Positions 57,888-64,000 of a DNA stretch of 64,000 nt are shown here, piece by piece. Position 1 is the stretch's first letter; each line of letters begins with the position of its first letter. The DNA is from an uncultured cyanobacterium. GTDB taxonomy: Bacteria > Cyanobacteriota > Cyanobacteriia > Cyanobacteriales > Cyanobacteriaceae. The stretch is from contig CAVQBA010000006.1 in the NCBI GenBank assembly GCA_963710605.1, positions 64,001 through 128,000 on the forward strand, in the 5' to 3' direction. The notes under the pieces are model-generated. The model did no database searches and was not told the DNA's origin. It saw only the letters and a list, made by a program, of their open reading frames with translations. The translations under genes were made by a program, and so were the position numbers.

Positions 57888-58502
57888 CGTAAAAAGTAAA
57901 AAACAAATAGTAATCAGGATATCTAATTATTCATAATTAATTATCTGGTGATACTAATAAATAGAACTAAAAAAGCCTACCTTCACATAATATAGTAACC
58001 TTTTCTTTTAGAGCAGAGCAACGAACATCCCACACCAAAACAATTGTTCTTTTGTGGAGTTTACGGTGTTAGGCTTTTACCCGAAGAAGCTAAATATATA
58101 TCATAGACGATCGCTGTTATAGCAGTACAGATAAATAAATTAGTTAATTTAGTTGATTTAGCCAAAATGTTTAGATTCACAGAAAAACTTATTTTGAGAA
58201 TAAACAATTGAGAATAGATAGGGGAAAATTAATATTTTTGATTTTTAATAATTGCATTTATCGTTAATCTGTTCTTAAACCTTAATCAGTCACAGAGCAA
58301 TTATAATTAGGGTGACGATTTTTAAAACAAAACTGTATATAACTAAGAGATATCTCTTTTTATTTTGCTAAATAAGCTTAAAATATTAATCTTAATTTAT
58401 TCAAATTATAGTTTTGACAAAATGTTTAAATTTAAAGCGTCTTTTTAACTATTAAGCAATTTCTTTTGCAATCAATTTTATTATCTAAATAAATTAAAAA
58501 TA

Positions 58503-59312
58503 ATGAATAATCCCTCTTCTCTTGAATTTACCGACAAAGTAGTATTAAGAGCAGAAAACGTTGACGTCTATTATGGTGCTCACAAGGCTGTCGCTGGTGT
58601 TAATTTAGAAATTCCTCGTAATAATGCGATCGCTTTTATTGGTCCTTCTGGGTGCGGTAAAAGTACTATGTTACGTTGCTTTAATCGTATGAATGATTTG
58701 ATTACTAGTGCGAGAATTGAAGGTAAAATCAAGTTTAATGGTCGAGATATTTATGCGAAAAATGTTGACCCTGTAAGTGTTAGAAGCACTATCGGGATGG
58801 TATTTCAAAAACCTAATCCCTTTCCTAAATCAATTTATGAAAATATTGCTTGGGGTGCTAAAATAAACGGTTATAAAGGAAACATGGATGATTTAGTCGA
58901 AGACTCTTTACGCAAAGCGGCTTTATGGGAAGAAGTAAAAGATAAATTGCGTCAAAGCGGTTTAGCTATCTCTGGTGGACAACAACAACGTTTATGTATC
59001 GCTCGTACGATCGCATTACAACCTCAAGTTATTTTGATGGATGAGCCTTGTTCTGCATTAGATCCAATTTCGACTTTAAAAGTAGAAGAATCAATTCATG
59101 ATCTTAAGAAAAATTTTACGATCGTCATTGTAACTCACAATATGCAACAAGCTTCTAGGGTATCTGATTATACTGCTTTTTTTAATGCTAAAAGCGTTGA
59201 AGGCGGTAGTGGTAAGTTAGGTTATTTAGTTGAATACAGTGAAACAGAAAATATTTTTCAAAATCCAACTGAGCACGCTACTCAAGAGTATGTTAGTGGG
59301 CGGTTTGGATAG
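58503..59312 (+). CDS. pstB: Phosphate ABC transporter ATP-binding protein
   Basis: [20 protein letters not shown] and YVSGRFG motifs. Confidence 0.96.
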   Translation: MNNPSSLEFTDKVVLRAENVDVYYGAHKAVAGVNLEIPRNNAIAFIGPSGCGKSTMLRCFNRMNDLITSARIEGKIKFNGRDIYAKNVDPVSVRSTIGMVFQKPNPFPKSIYENIAWGAKINGYKGNMDDLVEDSLRKAALWEEVKDKLRQSGLAISGGQQQRLCIARTIALQPQVILMDEPCSALDPISTLKVEESIHDLKKNFTIVIVTHNMQQASRVSDYTAFFNAKSVEGGSGKLGYLVEYSETENIFQNPTEHATQEYVSGRFG

Positions 59313-59483
59313 GTTAAATAATTGACAGTTGACAGTTGACAATTAGTTTAAATTCAGAGAATAAATGTCAGCCAACAAATTTATCAAGAATAATTAATAA
59401 TTTAGAAGTTAAGTTTTTCTCGTTGCTGTTTCTATACTTGGATTAAACTAGATATAGATTTTTTTGTCGTTTAAGTTTAATTT

Positions 59484-60359
59484 ATGGATTTATTACGCTC
59501 ATTACCGATCGGGTTATATTTAGAAAAACCTCTAACTTGGTTACACAAATTAGATTCAAGAGTTAAATTAGCTTGGTTGATGAGTTTAATCTTGTCTCCA
59601 TTATTAGCTAATCCTTATTGGCGTATCTTTTTAGTTGCATTTTTAATCTTGATTACGGTATTGGCTTTAATTCCGTGGCGAGTACAAAAAAGACAAACTA
59701 GTTGGTTATTGTTTTTTACTTGTGTAATTTTTATTCTTACTTGTTTTGCCCCTGATGGCATGAATGTAACTTATCAGCCTCGATTGCCTAGTAGCGAAAT
59801 CACGATCGATTCTCCTAATAGTTATAGTTATATACTTTATACATTAGGCAATTTTACCGTTACTAGACGCTCTTTAGATTTAGCTATTAAAATTAGTACT
59901 TTAATTTTTACTTTAATTTATAGTAGTAATCTTTATTTATTAACCACCGCCCCAGAGCAAATAACAGCGGGAATTGAAAATTTATTATCACCTTTAAAAA
60001 GATTCAATTTACCAATTACTGAAATTGTTTTAACTTTAACTTTATCCTTAAGATTTATTCCATTAGTATTAGAAGAAATCCAAAATTTAATTCGCTCAAT
60101 TCGTACTAGAGCAATTAATTGGAAAAAATTAGGTATTAAAAGAGGTGTCCAAATTTGGTTGATTGTAGCCGAAAGACTGCTCGAAAATATCTTATTAAGA
60201 GCCGAGCAAATATCGATCGCTATGGAAGTTAGAGGTTTTACTACTCCTGATGAACATCAAGTTCAATGGCATCAACTTAAAATTAGAAAAAAAGATATAC
60301 TAGCTTTAATTATTTTATTTATATTTTGGGGAATGAGATTAACGATCGGGCGAGAATGA
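59484..60359 (+). CDS. ecfT: ECF transporter T component (CbiQ/Ycf92 family)
   Basis: LHKLDSRVKL, LRFIPLVLEE and AMEVRGF motifs. Confidence 0.88.
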   Translation: MDLLRSLPIGLYLEKPLTWLHKLDSRVKLAWLMSLILSPLLANPYWRIFLVAFLILITVLALIPWRVQKRQTSWLLFFTCVIFILTCFAPDGMNVTYQPRLPSSEITIDSPNSYSYILYTLGNFTVTRRSLDLAIKISTLIFTLIYSSNLYLLTTAPEQITAGIENLLSPLKRFNLPITEIVLTLTLSLRFIPLVLEEIQNLIRSIRTRAINWKKLGIKRGVQIWLIVAERLLENILLRAEQISIAMEVRGFTTPDEHQVQWHQLKIRKKDILALIILFIFWGMRLTIGRE

Positions 60360-60370
60360 GAAGATTGAAC

Positions 60371-61201
60371 TTATAAATAAACCAAATCTTCAGGTAATTC
60401 AGATAGCTTAAAAAAGTTATCCTTTTGAATAATAATATCTCTAAATAATTTTTTATTTTTACTAGGTAAAATAAGTACTTTTTCTGATTTGACTACAGAT
60501 TCACGAAAATTTTCTAAGTTTTTACTGGTTTCTAAATAACTAACTAAACGCCGAAATAACTTAGGTAAAACAACCACTGTTTTATCTTCAGCAAACAAAT
60601 CCCAAACATCAAAACCTTTATTAGTTAAGTCAAATTCCCATAATCCTTGATTATTTTTACGAGCAGAATTAACAGCTTGAGTCATTTTAATTCTTAGAGT
60701 TGGAGCAATTCCTCGGTAATAAGTAGGATAAGATTCTCCATATAATAGACTTTGATAATTAACTGAATTAAAAAATATATCTAGAGGTAAAAAGAAATTA
60801 CTCCCGTCTGGTTGATCAATTTTTCCTTTAAAAATAAAACCTAAAGGGCGACCATGTTGATCCGTTTTTTTAGCAACAATAAAACCCTCTGTATTATCAT
60901 TAGCCGAAGAAACCACATTTTGAGCTTCATTCCATTTAACCTCGGTAATATCTAAAGATTTCAAAAGAAAATCAGCCGCACTAATCGCCCATTTCATACT
61001 TTGTTGGCAATCACGAAAATGTGTTTCTAAACTATCTATACCAATCAAACGAATTTGGACATGAGCGTTTTCGTTTAAAACCGGAGGCAAACCTTTAATC
61101 TTATTCCAGTTTTCGGGGTTATTAGCTTTAAAGCGAATTGAGTCACCATCAGGTGAATAGCCAACAGCGTGAAATGTTCCTTTAATCAGAGTAAAAGACA
61201 T
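60371..61201 (-). CDS. Thermonuclease (SNase)-like protein
   Basis: PDGDSIRF, IRLIGIDSLETH, DQHGR and ARKNNQGLW motifs; probable ATG at 61201. Confidence 0.75.
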   Translation of the reverse strand: MSFTLIKGTFHAVGYSPDGDSIRFKANNPENWNKIKGLPPVLNENAHVQIRLIGIDSLETHFRDCQQSMKWAISAADFLLKSLDITEVKWNEAQNVVSSANDNTEGFIVAKKTDQHGRPLGFIFKGKIDQPDGSNFFLPLDIFFNSVNYQSLLYGESYPTYYRGIAPTLRIKMTQAVNSARKNNQGLWEFDLTNKGFDVWDLFAEDKTVVVLPKLFRRLVSYLETSKNLENFRESVVKSEKVLILPSKNKKLFRDIIIQKDNFFKLSELPEDLVYL

Positions 61202-61261
61202 TGGTACGACTTTTAACCTCCATAAATAATAATTGACCAAGACTAATAAAAATACGATCGA

Positions 61262-61372
61262 TATAATAGTTTTTCGATTGAGGAAGTACAGTTTTATCTC
61301 TCTAAATCTTCTTCTATTTGTAAGAAGACTTTAATTGAAGCGATGTACCTAACAATTATTAAAAACGCTATA
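61262..61372. mobile_element. Degenerate family-A MITE
   Basis: ...GAAGTACA left end and TGTACCTAACAATTATTAAAAACGCTATA right end. Confidence 0.55.
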
Positions 61373-61585
61373 ATTTCTTAATTTTTGATCGTCTTTATTC
61401 TCTACTATAACAGTTGACAATCATTATCAGTAATTATCTTAAAACTTGATTTTTTTAGATTTAAATATAAAAGTACGATCGTTTGTACCTACATTAACTA
61501 TTTGTTGCTAATTTTCTTAATTTTATAGTCCTATACAAACAACAATGAGACAATTTTTTACATTTACTCTTGGTTTAATTTATCT

Positions 61586-62194
61586 CTAGCTCAAATAAAT
61601 AGTAACTATATCCGTCGGTAAATAATTAATTAATCGAGAATGGGCTTGGGTATAATATGCTCTTACTTCAGATAAAGTTATATTTTGTTCCTGCTGATTA
61701 AGATATTCTAATATTTTCTCTTCTTCCCACTGAAAATTATCTTGAGTCATTATCACAATTCTTTCTAAAGGATATAGTTGTTTTAGAGATTTTTCTAAAA
61801 AGTATTGTAACGGTAAGTAGCGTAAATTTTTTTGCGGTAATTGGTTAACTAAATTAGTTTTCTCACTGACAATTTGTTTTTGAGCGAAGAATTCTTCTAC
61901 TAATGAATTGATAACTACTTGCACATTGTATTGTGAAGCACGAATATTAACTAAAAATAGATCGAAAATATAAAACCACAACTTATCATAATAAGTATAA
62001 ATTAGTTTTTTATATTTAGGTTTAGCTTGCAACACATTTGCTAAGCGATAATGACGAAAAAAGATAGCTAATAAGTATCGACACTTATAAGGCTCATTTT
62101 CCCACTTTTTCCCAATTTGAAAATCATCCAAGGAATTTAACGGTATTATTAGCTCATGATTTATTTCGGGAAATAGCTCAATTTGATTATTCAT
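61586..62194 (-). CDS. Degenerate ECF sigma-factor-like protein
   Basis: YLLAIFFRH region-2-like segment; LKQLYPLERIVIMTQDNFQW region-4-like segment. Confidence 0.6.
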   Translation of the reverse strand: MNNQIELFPEINHELIIPLNSLDDFQIGKKWENEPYKCRYLLAIFFRHYRLANVLQAKPKYKKLIYTYYDKLWFYIFDLFLVNIRASQYNVQVVINSLVEEFFAQKQIVSEKTNLVNQLPQKNLRYLPLQYFLEKSLKQLYPLERIVIMTQDNFQWEEEKILEYLNQQEQNITLSEVRAYYTQAHSRLINYLPTDIVTIYLS

Positions 62195-62356
62195 ATATCA
62201 CATTGCATAATAGTAAATGGAGAAAATAAGGATTATAACAATTAATAATTGATGATAGCTAAGTGTTGAATGCGGAATACAAAAATGCTAAATGCACCAA
62301 TTAGTTAGAATATCATTATGATTGAATATATAGATAAAAATAAAATTTAAACTGGT

Positions 62357-62923
62357 ATGATTACAAACCTTAGTGTTGCTATTTTTGGAGCATTTTTACC
62401 TGAATTAACCGATAGTTTATTTTCCACGCAAGGCATCATGGTAATGTTATTGATGGCTTATGGTGGTGCAATGTGGATGTTTTTGAGTAGCGCACCGAAG
62501 GTTTATACGGTGATGGTGTCTGATGTTAATATTGCTAGACAGTTTTACGAGGAAATATTAAGTTTACCGATCGCTGAAGTTCCTTTACAATATTATTACG
62601 ATTACGAACAAAGTATGGGTGCGGCTAGTTTTGATCCAATTTACAATATGGGTTCTACTTTTAGCACATCTTCGGTTAAACCTCAATCGGGTTTATGGTA
62701 TCAATTAAAAAAGAATACCCAATTACATATTATTAGTGGTGCAAGCTTAGGTACAAAAAACTGTCAACGTCACGTGAGTTTCGATCGAGAATGTCTTGAT
62801 GCTTTATTATTAAGGGTGCAGTCACGCCGTTTGAAATACAAAATTCGTCGAGAAAGCCCTCTTAATTTCCTCGTCAAAGATTATGACAATCGAGTAATTG
62901 AAATGTCTGAGGCAAGCAACTAG
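62357..62923 (+). CDS. Glyoxalase/VOC-like membrane-anchored protein
   Basis: STQGIMVMLL, ARQFYE, GLWYQLKKNTQLH and RVIE motifs. Confidence 0.8.
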   Translation: MITNLSVAIFGAFLPELTDSLFSTQGIMVMLLMAYGGAMWMFLSSAPKVYTVMVSDVNIARQFYEEILSLPIAEVPLQYYYDYEQSMGAASFDPIYNMGSTFSTSSVKPQSGLWYQLKKNTQLHIISGASLGTKNCQRHVSFDRECLDALLLRVQSRRLKYKIRRESPLNFLVKDYDNRVIEMSEASN

Positions 62924-63078
62924 AAGAATTGAGATGAATTGCGAATTGAAGCAGTCATCGGGAATTGAGAATTGAGAATGGAGAATTGAAATTAATAATT
63001 GATAATTGACAATGAATGAATTCGGAAGTCAGAATTAGGAATTCGTAGTTAGGAAGGCAAGAGTGAATAATTAACTCC

Positions 63079-63210
63079 TTACTCATTACTCATTACTCAT
63101 TACTCATTACTCATTACTCATTACTCATTACTCATTACTCATTACTCATTACTCATTACTCATTACTCATTACTCGTTACTCTTTACTCGTTACTCATTA
63201 CTTCTTACTT
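63079..63210. repeat. Heptamer tandem repeat (TTACTCA)n, STRR-type
   Basis: About 18 copies immediately upstream of ldpA; a short array of the same unit lies at 2719-2741. Confidence 0.95.
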
Positions 63211-63217
63211 GTGTTTA

Positions 63218-64000
63218 ATGTCTGAATTTTCTTCTCCTCTTGATTCTTTAGTGCGGGGTAATTGGTTTAAATTGATTTGTGGTGCGAGTTATCAACATTT
63301 ACCTTCAATACGTAATTTGGCTTTAGTCTATACTTTAGCAGGTGCTGATTGTCTTGATTTAGCCGCCGATAAAGCTGTGGTTTATACTGCCTTAGAAGGA
63401 ATTAATGTCGCTGGCAAAATTTAGAGATAAAGCGATCGAGTTAGGGTATAATCCTCATCCTACTCCTTTACTTATGATAAGTATAAATGATGGAGAAGAT
63501 CCTCATTTTCGCAAAGCTAAGTTTAACCCGACTGAATGTTTAACTGATTGTCATCGCCCTTGTCAAACTATTTGCCCTGTAGATGCGATCGCTTTTCCTG
63601 CTCTTAATCAAGGAGTAATCGAAGAATTGTGTTACGGATGCGGACGATGTTTGCCTGTTTGCCCGATCGATATTATTGAAACCGAATCAAAAATCATTAG
63701 CGTTTCAGAAGTTTTACAATGGTTAGATATTTTACCGATAAGTGCGATCGAAATCCACACTCAGCAGGGACATTTCGATCGTTTTAAGCAGGTTTGGCAG
63801 ACTATTAAACCACAACTACCTAAACTGAAATTGATAGCCATCAGTTGCCCTTATACACCGACTGTGACTGAATATTTAACTCAAATTTATCAACATATTG
63901 ATTCTGATATTAAAGATGTTAACTTGATTTGGCAAACAGACGGACGACCAATGAGTGGTGATATTGGTAGCGGTACAACTCATCTTACAATTAAATACGC
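63218..64000 (+). CDS. ldpA: Circadian input Fe-S protein LdpA (frameshift at ~63420; runs off the right edge)
   Basis: WFKLICGAS; after the shift DGEDPHFRKA, CLTDCHRPCQTICP, CYGCGRCLPVCP and QTDGRPMSGDIG. Confidence 0.92.

Larger units (their letters stand above)
1..64000. repeat. HIP1 (GCGATCGC) and its CGATCG core, dispersed throughout
   Basis: Many occurrences in coding and non-coding DNA (e.g. 3669, 9701, 10543, 15746, 19271, 48421); scarce in the ATPase/DUF4435 pair and in 26454-27368. Confidence 0.95.

Noticed and set aside
58263-58307. Pho box upstream of pstB
   Set aside because: Only two 11-bp-phased TTAA half-sites in AT-rich DNA; insufficient support.

Overview
AT-rich chromosomal window from a unicellular cyanobacterium. 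Dense HIP1 GCGATCGC/CGATCG sites, chlI, ldpA, ccs1 and pilB-pilT-pilC suggest a Cyanobacterium/Geminocystis-like genome (inference). Most of it is housekeeping: pmbA, ccs1, trpD, ftsZ, pedR, chlI, rbp, ilvN, pilBTC, uvrA, a GDP-mannose pyrophosphorylase/PMM fusion, purB, mfd, thrC, dacB, pstS/pstB, tsaC, ecfT, ldpA. The main accessory region is a ~7.3 kb toxin-antitoxin/defence island right after uvrA (33.8-41.1 kb). It carries relE plus an HTH antitoxin, a duplicated antitoxin/vapC remnant, an ABC-ATPase + DUF4435/TOPRIM pair (PARIS AriA/AriB-like), higBA, a WD40 pseudogene, and an uncharacterised Cys-rich HicA-like/HicB-HTH-like pair with a perfect palindromic operator. A degenerate copy of the uvrA 3' end lies inside the island. 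Other notable items: a class I lysyl-tRNA synthetase, an Rpn/DUF4351 gene with a candidate internal antitoxin start, a five-repeat Pho box, and TATAGC-ended MITEs and nested REP/SDR micro-elements, one set in-frame inside uvrA. About eight single-indel frameshifts hit conserved genes, at homopolymers or GGCC/CGATCG/GATC motifs, and are probably sequencing artefacts. No rRNA, tRNA or CRISPR array was recognised. All family assignments come from reading motifs by eye; no searches were run.
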